A stretch of 64,000 nt of DNA from Podarcis bocagei (lineage: Eukaryota): assembly GCA_964188305.1 (NCBI GenBank), contig OZ076886.1. One strand, given 5' to 3'. The first letter of the stretch is position 1, and each line of letters starts with the position of its first letter. Shown piece after piece: positions 35,666 to 49,239 of this stretch. A model generated the notes under the pieces. That model was given only the letters and a program-made list of their open reading frames with translations. It was not told where the DNA came from and did no database searches. Both the position numbers and the translations under genes were made by a program.

Positions 35666-38298
35666 CTTATGTTTTTTCAAGTCAGACTAATGCGCACCAC
35701 AAGTTGCTGCTCCACCCCCCACCCCCGCAGTGGATTTTGGCATATAGGAGCAGTCTTGTGATATGAATGCTTTGTTTTGCCATGTATTCAGATAATTAAC
35801 ATCCTTAATATCCACTAAGCATATGATTTTTGGGGTGAATATAGTATTCAGGCTATCCTGTGGCATGGTGGATCACAACCTGAATTTGCTAACCAATTCA
35901 CAAGACTGATTCCAACACTAAAATACATGGGGGCTGCCCATAGAGAAAATGATTCCATTAATTTGCTCTAGCATTGTAAGACTATATTCTCTTTTCAGCC
36001 TGGACTGAATGTATAATTATTTGACCTTGCAGCCTGAAATTCTTGTGGTCTGCAGCATAGGGGATTTCATGGGTGAGGGGAGTTATTTGGAGAGGGTGCT
36101 TACTGTGATGGCAAGCAGCCATGGTTTCCTAAGAACATGAAGAGCTGATTAATAGCAGAAGATGTCAGATAAATCAGGAGAATCTCAGTATACTTTATAG
36201 TCCAGTTTGGAAGTTTCCTATGGTGGTTTTTAAAAAGTAAATGTGACCATGGCTCTAGTGAACCAGCTGTCTTTCCAACACTGGCTGAGTATTTATTTGG
36301 GCTAATAAAGTCAGTGAGAGGCCTAAGAGTGGGGCAGAGTGAATTTTCTTTTCGTTCCTAAAAGGTGGACTATTTGTAATGAAAAGCCCATGGAATAACT
36401 GTTATACAACTGAATTTCACAGAGTGTGCATCAGCCTCCGGAGCTGTCAATATGGAATCTTTCTCCAGTATGAGCACCACAGATGAAGGCTTAAATTATT
36501 TTTTTAAGAAAGAATTCTGTTCAGAGGCTGCATTTTATACCAAAGGTGTTTGACAGGCTTTAGTGCACCAGGAAGCCACAGTACAATACATTCACAGCAA
36601 GCTGGTGAGTCATTCTAGGTAGGAGAGCTAGCAAAATGCACCTTAATAGCCCCCATCACTGCTGAGATAGTGTAATTACAACTCTTATACTGTGCATGCA
36701 TTATCTATCTGATAAAGGGGGGCAAAGATAATTTTATTTACAAGAAACCGTGGCACTATTGTAATTCTCTCACTAGCAGCCCATAGCAGTTCACACACCA
36801 CACACACCTGGCAAAAATTGGATTGAAAGTACTGAGTGCTTACTTTTAGCAGCTGTCAGAGTGAATAGGAGATAATGTGAACATTGCCCCTAGAGCCAAT
36901 GATGCCACTGAGTCAAAATCAAACCCTCTGTGCATCCTCAAGCTACATATGCTTGGCATTGCAGAATACTGTAGTAATTTGGTAACATGCCGTGGTTTGC
37001 TTTGTTTACAGCTTGTTTGCGTTGTATCCTCATCTCATTTTTGCCCTTGCACACTTGTTGGATTGTTGTGTTGTAATAATGATGATGATGATCATGATAA
37101 TGATGGGATGCAAGCCAAGATTGGTTTGTTTGCTGTCTTACTCCTTTTGTTAAAATAAGCTCTTCCAGCACACTTGTATATTAATGGATGCTCAAAAAGG
37201 ACTATCAGGAGGAATGTGCCAGAGCAGCGAAAGGACTACTTAGTGTTCATATCTTACCATTTTATAATCTTCAAGCACAGTTCTGGTCCTCTCCAGGCTT
37301 TAACGGTCTAATGTTGAAGAACTTGAACCGTGGAAATATTGCCACACGTATATAATGCCACAATAAGATGTCCATTAATTTAAATCCAAATGATGAATAT
37401 AATGCCTTGCAAGATGGCAAGGCAAGCACACTATCAATCTCTAGAAAGTGGGCCTGGTAAACCGATTATAAGTACCTCAGAATAATTTTACAGTGCAGCT
37501 TAAAATGAATGCTAACATCATTGCTAAGTACAGCAACTTGAGTATTAATCCTGCCTAGCCACTGTGAGAACCTAGGGGAAGACTATTGTGTATTGCTCTA
37601 AATTAAATCCTTTATCTTATCCCTCAGCAAAAATTATTTCTGTGAGGTATATCAAATTCCACAATCCACCCTCTCTTTTCCTACTAGCTCACAAACGGAT
37701 TCGTTTATACATATCGTACCTTCAAGAGTAATTGTACAGGAGCCAAACCACATGGACTATTTAAAACCCAGCTTGTATGCTTATCCCACAAGAGACATCC
37801 AGTTTGTCAGGTTCGTGCACATTCACAGCAACCATGTACCCTTTTATACTGTCCTGTCTTGCTGTAATATCCTAGGGCATTTCTCATCAAAGTTCAAGCG
37901 AGGAAGTAAAAGCAACAACACCCCACCATAGCTCTTCCTTTTTGTAGGTTATGAAAATGTTATGGGGGGGGGTAGGCCAATATAAACCAACCTCAATATG
38001 GTTTTAGAAGCTAAGAGGGTTGTGATAGACAGACAAGGAGACCTGCATCAATTAGCCAGGCATTGTAAGACAGGTGGATAAAATTATATATTAAGCAGGA
38101 ACTTCATGCAGAAGGTGGAACTGCAGTTAGGTAAGCTTTTTGTAGGGGTAGTTTCCCACATTATGTATTCCTTCTGTGTGAATTGGGAAAGGTTTCTTCC
38201 CTTGCAGCTCAGGTGAGGCAGATGATTGCAAGGCCCCTTTGTGCACAAATAGTTGCAAAGCCATGTGCTGCTTTTCTTCGGGTTCCCCCTGTTATTAT

Positions 38299-38299
38299 C

Positions 38300-38351
<52 letters not shown>

Positions 38352-38386
38352 TAATTTATACCCCACCCATCCGGCTGGGTTTCCCC
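38299..38386 (-). mobile_element. Very short L2 3' end with long (TTA)n tail
   Basis: (AAT)n followed by TTTATACCCCACCCATCCGGCTGGGTTTCCCC. Confidence 0.7.
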
Positions 38387-41139
38387 TATCCTCCTGCAAT
38401 GAAATTGTGCCAATTTCTGTCATTGCAAAGAACATTTCCTAAGAGGGGAGAGAAACTGGTTACAAGGGAATGGCCAAGGCTCTTTGCAGTAATAATCACC
38501 TCTCTTGATAGCTGCAAATACTTAATTTTAGTATGATAGGGTTTGGGGTTTTTTTGCTTTGTTCTTCTTTGTTCCCACTGATCTGATAAGCAATCAGGAC
38601 AGTCCATAGGGCGGAGCTCATATAATAACGAAAAAGCCAAATCAGTGATCTAAATAGCCACCCCATTTCCATGTTCCGCTTGCATTCATCAGCATAATGT
38701 GAATGTAGCACATTTCAACCCAGAACTTCGCTGTGATAGGATTAAGTTGCTACCAGTTTTATGTGAGAATTCCTTACTGAAATAAAGGGTGCCTTCAGTT
38801 ATAATAAATTTTCTATATGTAATTATCACGGTTGGTCATCTTTATGCATTTACCTGCGCTCTCCCCACCCCCAATGTCAAAATACTACAATTCCTCCCAA
38901 CAACAATTGGGGTGGGGAAAGGAGGCCTCATCACTTGGCTATTGAACATTATTTGAATTTCAGAAGACTGGAAGCAGAGTTGCTATTCCAGATTAAAGCA
39001 GAACAGCATTCACAGGATGCTGCTAAATCGTCCACGTCTGGATGCAGCCTTTGAGACACAGCCTTCAGTGTCTTAGGCAGATGACCATTGTGAATCTATT
39101 CCCCAGCTAATTCTTGACTGCAAGAGAGCTGTCCATGTATTTTGCACATTCCCGATCATTCCTTTTGATGGTGCCAAGAACCTGAAATGAAGCAGACGCT
39201 GTGGCTCGGATGAGAAATGCTAACAAAGGTGCTGAAAACAGCCGTTCACTGAAAGAGTATAAAGCAGGGGGAGAGTGGTACCAGTTCAGTGATAAATAGA
39301 TAAAGTGCATTCTGGGCCACAAAAGCTTATGCTGCTGTATTTTTTCTAATCTTTAGGATACCACACATCTCTTTGGGTTCCCCTCCACTTACAACAGACC
39401 AGCATAGCTACCCATCTGGAAACTGGAGACACACAAACTTTGAAAGTGCAAAGCCATTTAAATTTGTAGGGACAACCTTAGGTGGGAGACTGCCTTAAAT
39501 AATAAGTACCAAGGTCAAATATGAAGAGAAATTGATGGTGTTTCCTAATGGCAATTAAGGATCAAATAGCTTTATAGTCTAAAAATTACAGATTTCACAG
39601 TACAAATTTCCTTTTGTCTGTATGTATTTAACAGCCATGCACCAATTTATATACTCTAGGAACTGTTACATGAAACAAAGTCACTGCATGCATGTTACCT
39701 ATGCGATTCACCAGTACCTTGTTCATACTGGCCTAGTTTGTATATCATGGTAAAACCATAGTTAATTGTTATTACAAGCCCATCCTTCCGGGCTACTTGT
39801 TTCCTTCCCACTATCAAAAACCGTTCCAAAAAAGCATGGTCAGTAAACAAAGAACAAACCATGTTGGGAGCAATCCCTGGTTCAGTCCTATCCCAAGGAT
39901 TTTGGTTTGTTTCTTCCCAATGTGAGCTGGAAGGAGCAAAGTGGTCGAGAGAGCTCATAGTGTACTGTTAACTATGATATGCTGCAATGTTTGAATAAGG
40001 TCACAGAAAGCTTATTTGTCATCTGTCCTTGCTATAGTCAGCTCATGATCATCATTGAATCCATAGGTTCCATGGCATTTGGAAACTTCTGATGTTGTGA
40101 TTAAGTTAGTGAAAAAGACTCCAAGCATCTTGGCTTTTAGCAGATGTCTTTATGTATCAGCGTTTCAGCTTTTCCATTATATAAAATACACAGCAGCGAT
40201 GAAAGCTGTAAAAATTCTTCTACAGAAAGAATTTTTTTAAGTATTGCAAATATCACTGCACTAATACTGCTAAATTTCCCCTCTGCAATTTTTCTTTATT
40301 AAGTTGAGACAAAAAACCCCCAAAAATTTAAATCTAAGCAAGTTAAAACAGAGCATACAGCATTGCTCATTGTTGTTGCTTTTGTTTGTCAAATACCTAG
40401 ACTGCTAAATCTTGAACAATCAGAACTCTGAATCCACATGCAAATTATCTCTATTCCTACAGATTATTCACTTGGCCCATTGGGACCCACACCACTGAAC
40501 GTGTTCTATTCTCACCTCATGTGGTGGCAGTACCAGGGATCTTCTCTCACATGAGAACTGGAGAGAAATGACTGGAATTTCCAAAAAGGTGGTGGTGGGC
40601 TTTATTTCCTTCCCTCCCTGGCTGGACCCAGTCTTGAATCCATTCCCCAGAAATGGTGCTTGCTGCTTATAAGATAGGATACTGCAAGATAATCAACTGG
40701 AGGATGTTTGCTCAGCCAAAAGGCCTTCTTTCTAGTTGCTTTTGAGACCTTTGCTCTCAATTATTCTCCTTGCCAAAATGTCCCAACCTGTCCCTACATC
40801 CTGTCCTTTGGGTTTGTCTTGGATTATGTGCACATCTGCTTCCTGTGACTTTCCACCCCTGGTTTCCAGTTTCCAACATTTCTATTGCCTTTGTCACCCC
40901 TTTCTCAGTTTCAAACAGACTCCTTTAAAAAAGGCTTATAACTCAGCATCTTCACCTTGCTCCTGGATACTCTTCAGTACATTCTCTGCTTCAACTTAAC
41001 CCCTGATTTCCCTTTGGACTAGTTTACCGTTTACATAATATCATGTGGATGTGTACTCACAGCCAGACGCAACCGTTGCATTCTACTACGGAGCTTTAAC
41101 ATGAGGCCGGTGAAGAAGAAAGGCTAGAATCTTTGCAAG

Positions 41140-41250
41140 CAGTGCCTTTTTTCAGGAGGTACTCTTTTTCTTGTGGCTAAAAAGTGTGGCACATACTCTG
41201 ACAACTTCATGGTGAGTACTAGCACCAATTTTTCTAGAACAAAAGCACTG
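41140..41250. mobile_element. hAT MITE (CAGTGCTTTTT TIR family)
   Basis: Perfect 8-bp TSD TTTGCAAG (41132-41139 and 41251-41258). Termini CAGTGCCTTT ... AAAAGCACTG. Confidence 0.9.
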
Positions 41251-42777
41251 TTTGCAAGCCATGGTACAACAGGCTTAGACCTCCTGAAGTCCAGATGGTC
41301 TGCTAATTTAGACTCGGTTGTGACGTTACCATTTTAGTTTGAGATGATTATTGACACATTAGAACAATCCTTTGTGTCTGTCTGAGGCAGAATCAAACAG
41401 CTGCTTTCAACAACTTCCTCATCGCTTGTTACTCAGTCTCTTTCATTTTGCAGCACCCACCAAGCTAGCAGCCCAGTGTCTCTATAGGTACCAACAGCTC
41501 TGCTACTTTCACACACTCACCCAGCACTGATACACCTTCTATAAGTGATTTGGCTCAATATTCCAACCCAATGTTCGACCCTGAGACCTTCTGATGAAGG
41601 GAAGGTTAATCATCATCATCATCAGTCATATGTAACATTCCCCCCCCCGCATATTTTGAGGATTTTTCACCCATGCAGATGAAAGTGGAATTGTCTTCCA
41701 TTCTTCTCCCATTTTATGCTTGTTTAATAGTTGCAAAAACAGTTTCTAGATGAGTGTTCATTACTTTTTTTGTATATGCCCTCTTACTACCATTGATTGT
41801 ATGATGGTGGTAGCATACTAGCCCGCTGGTAGCATGCATGAAGGTGATTGTGTGTAGAGTACTGGTACACACAAAATCTGGTACAGGTTTTCTCACTTCT
41901 GTAAGTAGGCTTTGCCCAGCACACTCTCCAAGGCATTGTAAAAATCAGTGTACACTACATTCTGCATGTAGAGGTGGCCTGTATACCACCACCTCTGTAC
42001 AGCTTGAAATAAGCAAAAATTTCATGCTAGGACATTGATAAAGTCAGCCTTTTTATGATTGCTGCTTTATCTGTTATGGTGGATGTGGTCTTGGTGCCAT
42101 ATTGATTAAATAGGGACTGACAGGAGTTAACCAAGCTGAATATTAGTTGGGGAGCTTTTGTGTCTCAATCCAAAGAGGTATTCTCTGTATTTCCCAAACT
42201 TTCAGGCATACTTTGGAAGGTTCATGTAAGTTAAGACTAAATTCCACAGCTGCAGGGCCCTTGTCTTCATCCCTAAGCTGCCGATTCTTAAGTTTTGTTG
42301 TTATTGTTTAATATCCTGTCTTTATTTAGCAGCTGAGATAGCAGGTTTAGGCCTATACACCCTTGGGGAAGATTTTAACATTAGCAGCTATGAAAACACA
42401 TTGGATTTGTTTGGAAACCATTTGAGATTTATGGGACATGGCAACTACTGAATTTATAAACTTATTTCAACATAGCAGAGACTGCTATTGTCATTGCTCC
42501 TTTTTCAAATTTACCAGTAAGGGTCATTGCATGCGAGTATGACCATTGTTTATGAATTTTCTAGTCCAGCGTGGGTTTTCCTCCCTCATCTTACTTGATG
42601 TCATAATTCAGGTCAAAGACAATGTTTATCTCTGGTGATGCTCCAGTAAAACTAATACGAGTGTTTCGAAAGCTAGGATGACCTAGCAATGCAATTTTGA
42701 CCTAGTAATGCAATTTTCCATAAAACTCAGTGCTTCTTTAACACCAGTTGCAAAACTAATGAATGGACATAATTCAT

Positions 42778-42814
<37 letters not shown>

Positions 42815-42816
42815 AA
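42778..42816. repeat. (GAAA)n microsatellite
   Basis: Direct reading. Confidence 0.95.
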
Positions 42817-43559
42817 TGCTTACCACTCTGAAAATATTTTTCCTCTGCATTTAGGGCAGCAGATATTCTCCCTCAGTCTGTTTCCTGGCCTCAACCCACA
42901 CTTTCCTTCCACTATCTAGTCCTGCCACCTCCCATCACTTAACAGTGGCCAGCTCTACATTAACAGGAACTGAGGTGGGATATTTGTTCCTAGATGTACC
43001 ACTAAAGAATTCAGATGGAGACATACAATTCTGTTCTGCTGAGATAAACACCCTGTAGATAGAAAACTAGTTGTCAGAGAGAAGGTTGCTAGCACAGCCT
43101 CTTCCATGGACATACTAATTTTTATGTGTAGCATTTTTGCATATGCTGGAGGATTAAAACGTACAGCGAACCACATATATGTGGTCTGGTGTAGTGCAGT
43201 CCAGGAAAGGTTTTGCCACATCATCGGCATTTTCTCTTACTTTTTAAACCTTCTACTTGACTGCTTAGATAGAGCCAACCAAGGTGTACAGAACTGCATA
43301 TAACATGCAGTTCCCACGTAATTTTAAATGAAACAATGACATGGGAGATGGGGAAAGGAAACTTCTTAACCATTTCCTATGTGCCACTCTCCCACTCAAC
43401 ATTGCTTCTGTCAGTTGCTTTGTCCTTGCTGGGGAACAGATATGGCTACAAATCTCTTCCATTCTGGAGACGAATAGCAACTGGATTGTGGGAGGCTATT
43501 TTCAGCAGAAAAATAGTACTGGAGGAAGGGTTAGGATGCCATTTCCTCCTATGCTAATA

Positions 43560-43921
43560 CAGTGGTGCCTCGCAAGACAAAATTAATCCGTTCCGCGAGT
43601 CTCTTCGTCTAGCGGTTTTTCCGTCTTGCGAAGCAACCCTATTAGCGGTTTAGCGGATTAGCGCTATTAGCAGTTTAGCGGCTATTAAAGGCTTAGCGGC
43701 TATTAAAGGCTTAGCGGATTAGCGGCTAAAAGGCTATTAGCAGCTTAGCGGCTTAGAAAAAGGGGGGGAGCGGGGGAAAATCGGAACACTTGCAAGACGT
43801 TTTCGTCTTGCAAAGCAAGCCCATAGGGAAAATTGTCTTGCGAAGCAGCTCAAAAACGGAAAACCCTTTCGTCTAGCGGGTTTTCCATCTTGCGAGGCAT
43901 TCGTCTTGCGGTGCACCACTA
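43560..43921. mobile_element. pogo/Tigger-like MITE, subfamily A (opposite orientation to 1382-2957), with internal (TTAGCGG)n-type tract
   Basis: TA flanks. Left end CAGTGGTGCCTCGCAAGACAAAATTAATCCGTTCCG matches the right end of 1382-2957. The last ~130 bp match the reverse complement of 1382-1515. Confidence 0.9.
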
Positions 43922-46407
43922 TATCTGACCATTCCCTTTGAGCTGGTTCATATTTTTCACTGTACATCGGTTTAGGAGCTTGCCTTTCCAATGCTATAAA
44001 ATTGTAGAGAAACAAGTGCCCAGAACTACACTGATGACTTGTTCATAGTTCCCACATCCATTCCCACTGATGTATGGAGTTTTTCTTTCAAATAATAATA
44101 TGGATATTGACATGCAGTGAAATCGTCAGCAAAACCATCTGTCAGTGTAAACTGACCCATTATAGTTTACAGAGTTTTATTAGGGCATCTTGTAGTCTCC
44201 ACTGGTCTGTGGCACTTTAGGAACATTCAGCTATAGGTGGAAGTTTATTACACAGCTGCTTTGGAGAGTTACAGTAGAGGGAGGGAAGAATGGAAAACTG
44301 GCTACAGCATAATGCTTCCTCCCTTCCTGATGGAGGATAAGTCTATCAGTGTCTACTCGCCCCAATGGCTATGCAGTCCCAGAAGAGGATGCTGGACATG
44401 ATGGGCCTTTGACTTGATCCAGCAGAGTTCTTCTAATGTTCTTTTTTTTTACAACCAAGAATTAAAACTGAGTTATGAGAGATTGTCCTACCAAACACCC
44501 ACTTAGCACATTTTTAAAATCTGTTTTCTTGGCCTTCAGGGGAAACAGAAGCAAGATCTAGTTTTGTTTTCCTCGCCTGCTAGAACTGGGCCTTGTTTCA
44601 TGAAATTAAAAATGGGTAGGGAAGAAGCGGGTGGAATTCAACAAAGGAAACAGTATATGCAGCAGCTTCTGCAACATTCCTACAATGTGAGGTCTTTCCT
44701 TGTTGGCTCTCAGTTGGGAGTGGATTGTCGGACCAGAAAATAGTATAGTTCAGAAATGCTGCTTGAGCTGTGCCGTCGCTGGTTGTTTTGCTACAAGGAT
44801 GAAAACACAGAATGCATTTGGTCGTAAACTTGGTCTTGCAAAATGTGCCCCTGAGAAGGACATTGTGGATTGGATCCTTTGTCACTTGTCCAGGGATAAA
44901 GGCAGCGACATGTCAGACACACCCAAGGATGCTGAATGCTGGTTGCCGAAATGCTAGAAGAACAGGCTTGGAAAGATATGGGCTTAAGTTTAATTATATC
45001 AAATGCCCAAGTGGGTGCAAAGTGCTTGGCAAAGCAGGCAAAGACGTATTCTGTTCTCAGAATGGCCTTACAATTGGATGACTTCACTCTCCAAATCTTT
45101 ACTCGTAGGAGGTCACAGGCAGCACTGAAGATAGTTTTTCATGTAATGACAAATGCGTAGGGAGAATTCTTGTTCTCCTGCCTGCCAATTTTTTTTCTTT
45201 TTTTCTGAGGACAGTAATGTGACCCTTTGGGAAACTTGAGTATGATGATTTATTATTAAAAATATGCAGCCATTTGAGGGCCCCTACCTTGCCAAAATGG
45301 AGTGGGTTTTTGGCTCTTCAAAGAGCAAAAACACGCCACATGAGTAGGGCATTTAAGAGATTGTATCTCCAATGTTAAATTAAGAACTACAACAGCAGCA
45401 AAATAAATCAAAGGACTGAGCTGATATTCTCCATGTTCTGGGAGAGGGTGGCCAAAAAAGAATGAAGTCTCAGAATGTATCCTGAATATTTCTATACCTG
45501 TGGATCCTCCTTAGAACAATAGTGAGGGTCCAGCGTGAGTGTGAATGGCTACCACTGTCTCCAAAGGTTCTTTTCCATCCTTCAGATAAAGTTGCTTTGT
45601 GCCTTGTCCTATTTTTGGTTGCAAGTAGATGGCATTACTGTTTCCATATTTGGGAATGTTTGGCTCCAGGGCTGTTCTATCTTGCACTGACATCGTGACC
45701 ATGCAAGTTCATCAAAGGGTATGTTCAGACATCACGAATCTCTACCAAATTGGCTCCCTGTGCTAATTTTGTAAATGCATGTTTGCTGGGGGAAAATGTT
45801 TCCGCACAGCTATATAGTCAGGAGTGAAGAATCGTTTCTGGAAAGGAGGAGGAAAGCTTAGAAACGGAAATGTTATAATCTGAATTCTGCAATTGGCATA
45901 TATGTCTTTTTCAGTCACAAGTTTAATTCACCAAAAGGTGCTTTGGGGGGGGGGGAAGGTGGTTGATTCTCTGCGGTGTCTTAAGTTGGGTGGAACCTGG
46001 ACGTAGGTATGGCAAGCTATTATCATACTGCACCCACATATCACTACTGCACATCCATTTAAAAAGTATTTCAGAGTTTGAATATCAGTTGATATAATAG
46101 TTGCCAGCACTCCGTTGACTACCCTCAATCTAGCTCAACATTGTTTAAAGCAGGAGTAAGTCAGATGCCTCTGGGACCTTTACAAGCAGAGCATGAAAGC
46201 ATCAGTTTCCTTCATTGTTTGCCTTCAGTGTCTGATATTTGGAAATATATTGCTGTTTGATGATAGACGTTAATAGCTGTCGATAGACCTATCTCCCATA
46301 ATTGTTTCCTAATTATTTTAAAATTAAACATCTAAGTCAGCGCCAGCATATCTACTGGCTTCGAATTATATGGTAAATCATGTGTGGAAAAAGTTCTTCC
46401 TTTTGTA

Positions 46408-46628
46408 CACTGGTACCTCGAGTTACAAACGCTTCAGGTTACAAATGCTTCAAGTTACAAATTCCGCTAAGAGTTACCTCGAGTTGAGAACTTTGCCCCA
46501 GGATGAGAAGGGAAATCGTATGCCAGCGGTGCAGCAGCAGCAAGAGGCCCCATTAGTGAAAGCACGCCTCTTTCAGGTTAAGAATGGACCTCCAGAACGA
46601 CTTAAGTTCATAACTAGAGGTACCACTG
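46408..46628 (-). mobile_element. pogo/Tigger-like MITE, subfamily B (more diverged)
   Basis: TA flanks. Termini CACTGGTACCTCGAGTTA ... TAACTAGAGGTACCACTG. Confidence 0.88.
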
Positions 46629-47160
46629 TATTGGGTAGTCACGGATTTTGTCGCAGCAATGTAACAGCCTTGCTGTAGCTCATAGTTCTATCTTATCTCC
46701 ACATTTGAAGTCTGCTTCATCACTCTACATTTGTAAAGCAGAGACCTTGTTTCCTTCTTTCTTACAGGTGGTTAAGTACATGCACATTAAAGCACGAGTA
46801 CTATGTGATTGGATCAGGCCATTATGCCATATAACATGACCAAATGATTTTCACTGGGATCAGGAACATAGGATGCTTCAGAGCAAGTATGCAAAGAATT
46901 CAGCAGTGATGGAGTGACCTATTTGTAACAGGTGCTTAACAAACGAGGGTGCATTGCCCTTTCATTTGACCAATGCATGCTCATGCAGCTTTGTGGCATT
47001 ATTTTTTCTAGGCACTGGATTATAAAGAAAAAATGGGTTAGTGTGGAGAGAACTGTTTGTACATCAGTGTCAAGGAGTCCTCAACCTGCTTTTTTCTAAG
47101 ACACATTGCTTGCGAAATTTCTGGTGTTATACCACTTTGGCTGTCCATAAGACCTCATGC

Positions 47161-47239
47161 TCCTGCTTGGCAGGGGGTTGGACTCGATGGCCCTTGTGGT
47201 CTCTTCCAACTCTATGATTCTATGATTCTAAGATTCTAT
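47161..47239 (+). mobile_element. CR1 LINE 3' terminus
   Basis: Core identical to 22983-23048, with octamer tail. Confidence 0.85.
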
Positions 47240-48025
47240 TCCTTTCCTTATATATAAGATGCTTTCCTGGGCAAAAGGGGGACAATGTGAGGACTCTTGT
47301 GAAGGGACAGCTGAGCTGGCTTCAAGCTGAACATTTCAAGGAACAGGAGTATAGATATATTTGTCATCGGAGGTCAACCTACCTCTGCTGAATCTTACAG
47401 GAGTTAGAAGGGAGATGGAGCCAATCATGCACCTAAAATAAATATCACAGAGCAGTTCTCCTCCTGCCACACTCTGCCCGGTTAATAAGAATGTGATCAT
47501 TTGTTGTTGTTTTCCGTATTTGAATAAACAGTTTTGTGCCTCCCTAGTACTCTTGCTGCTGTTCTGCTTGTATAGAGTTATGAGAATATGGAAACTCACT
47601 AAGACAGGGAGAAAGGACATATGAAATGCAGGTGATACTGAAGGAACCATATAGCTCTCAGGATTGAGAGATAAGTGTGTGTATGAACTCTAAGAAGTGT
47701 CTGCTTATCTATGGGAAAGAAAGCGTGACCAGGCAACTAATTGCATATGCTTTACTAAACTGCCATCAGATGTTATCTGCTGAGGGACCCATAAATCCGT
47801 CTACTGATAGGGAGATTATAGGTTTGTATCTCCTCTTCAATCTCCTAAACAAGTTAATCCTTGACTTCCAGTTGCCATTTCTGAATATTTAATCTATGTT
47901 TGTAATATTAAGCAAGGAGTTACTAAATCCTTCTTGTTTGATTTGCAGTATAATTCTGCTTCTTTAAGAGCAGCATGCAGAATTTAGCACTATGATCAGG
48001 CCTCTCAGTTTTTTAGGCCCCTGAC

Positions 48026-48162
48026 CGGGGCTTTTTTTCCAGGGGGGGCTCATGGGAACTCAGTTCCAGCACCTCTCAGGTGGGCGTCATTGCCATTCTA
48101 AAAGAACAAGGGAGGTGTTCATGGTGAGTTCTGGCACCTCTTTTTCTAGAAAAATAGCACTG
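48026..48162. mobile_element. hAT MITE (CAG[G/T]GCTTTTT TIR family)
   Basis: Termini CGGGGCTTTTTTT ... AAAAATAGCACTG. TSD CCCCTGAC / CCCCATAC (6/8). Right arm TTCATGGTGAGT.CT.GCACC shared with 41140-41250. Confidence 0.8.
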
Positions 48163-48799
48163 CCCCATACCAAATGAAAACTGATGTTCTAACAAATTAA
48201 ATCTTGACTTTAAATCTAATCTAACCTTATTCTAATAACTACTATGGGGATATCTTCAGCCTCTAGAATGCCTCACCTAGAGCCTGCCTCTTGAGACCCT
48301 CTCCTCCCTAAATAGGCATGTGGCTCCTCTTGAAATATTTTCACAGCAGCACATCTATTGCAATCAGAGACAGAAGCAGAGCCAAGCTTTAGGGATTCAG
48401 AATGGGGGCCGGCAGCTAACTGGAGGACATGTGTTAGCTTTCAGAATGTGTGTCAGAGTTTTTTGGATGGCTAAGGACACTTTTACCAAATATGGATTTG
48501 TTTATTTTTAACAAAACATGGGGGAATAGATGGCTTAAGGGGATTGGTAATAGCATTTACAGATGTGCAGTTCAAGACTGCTGGGTTTTAGTCCACCTAA
48601 CACTGCTGGGTTAAAAAAGCTCTTCTATGATAGTAGCTGGTTTAAAGCAGATTCTTTAGTCTACTTTCCAGTAGGGAAGCATTCATGTGACACTCTCTCT
48701 TGATCTATCTGTCCCAGTTAAGGCTGCCAGCTTTTAAAACTTCTCCTGTGCTTTTAACCACAGCCTGATACACAGAAATGTAGCAGCTGAAGCTTTTCC

Positions 48800-48970
48800 T
48801 GGAGCATCTGCTTTGCATGCAGAAGGTTTTGTGTTCATTCTCTGGCATTTCCAGATAGGGCTAGGAGAGAACCTTGTCTTAAATCCTGGAGAACTGGTGC
48901 CAGACAATGTAGGCAATACTGAGCTTGATGGACCAACGGTTTGACTCATATAAGGCTTCCTAGGTTCCTA
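48800..48970 (+). mobile_element. tRNA(Ala-like)-derived SINE with CR1-like tail
   Basis: GAGCATCTGCTTTGCATGCAGAAGG..GTTCATTCTCTGGCATTTCCA head, followed by AATACTGAGCTTGATGGACCAA...GTTCCTA. Confidence 0.7.
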
Positions 48971-49064
48971 CTGCAGGAAAAGCTTCACCTGCTAAATTTC
49001 TGGGTGTTGAACTGCTTGGCAGGCACAGGAGCAAGGCCAATAAAACCAGTGGCAACCCTAAGCA

Positions 49065-49225
49065 CTATGCTGCCTACTGTCACTGGCAGTAATTCTCCAG
49101 GGCTTCAGACTGAAGACATTTATCCAGCTCTGCAACATGGGGTTCTCCTCTTCCTACTAGGTATGCTAGGGATTGAACCAGGGACTGTTGGCAGACAAAT
49201 CATGCTTTCTGCCATTGAGCAATTG
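49065..49225 (-). mobile_element. tRNA-derived SINE, same family as 48800-48970, older
   Basis: Minus strand reads GCTCAATGGCAGAAAGCATG...GTCCCTGGTTCAATCCCTAGCAT. Confidence 0.6.
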
Positions 49226-49239
49226 TCTGTTATAGAGTG

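Noticed and set aside
39695-39958. 87-aa minus-strand ORF ending at a donor-like AG|GTAACA
   Set aside because: No recognisable homology or partner exons, and the length is within chance expectation.
43640-43755. Interstitial telomeric sequence
   Set aside because: The unit is TTAGCGG-like, not TTAGGG, and lies inside a transposon. Kept only as a MITE-interior finding.
45498-45702. Minus-strand LDPHYCSKEDPQ before a GT donor (ATG4/UFSP-like DPH motif)
   Set aside because: That frame has a stop a few codons upstream, and no other exons of such a protease are visible.
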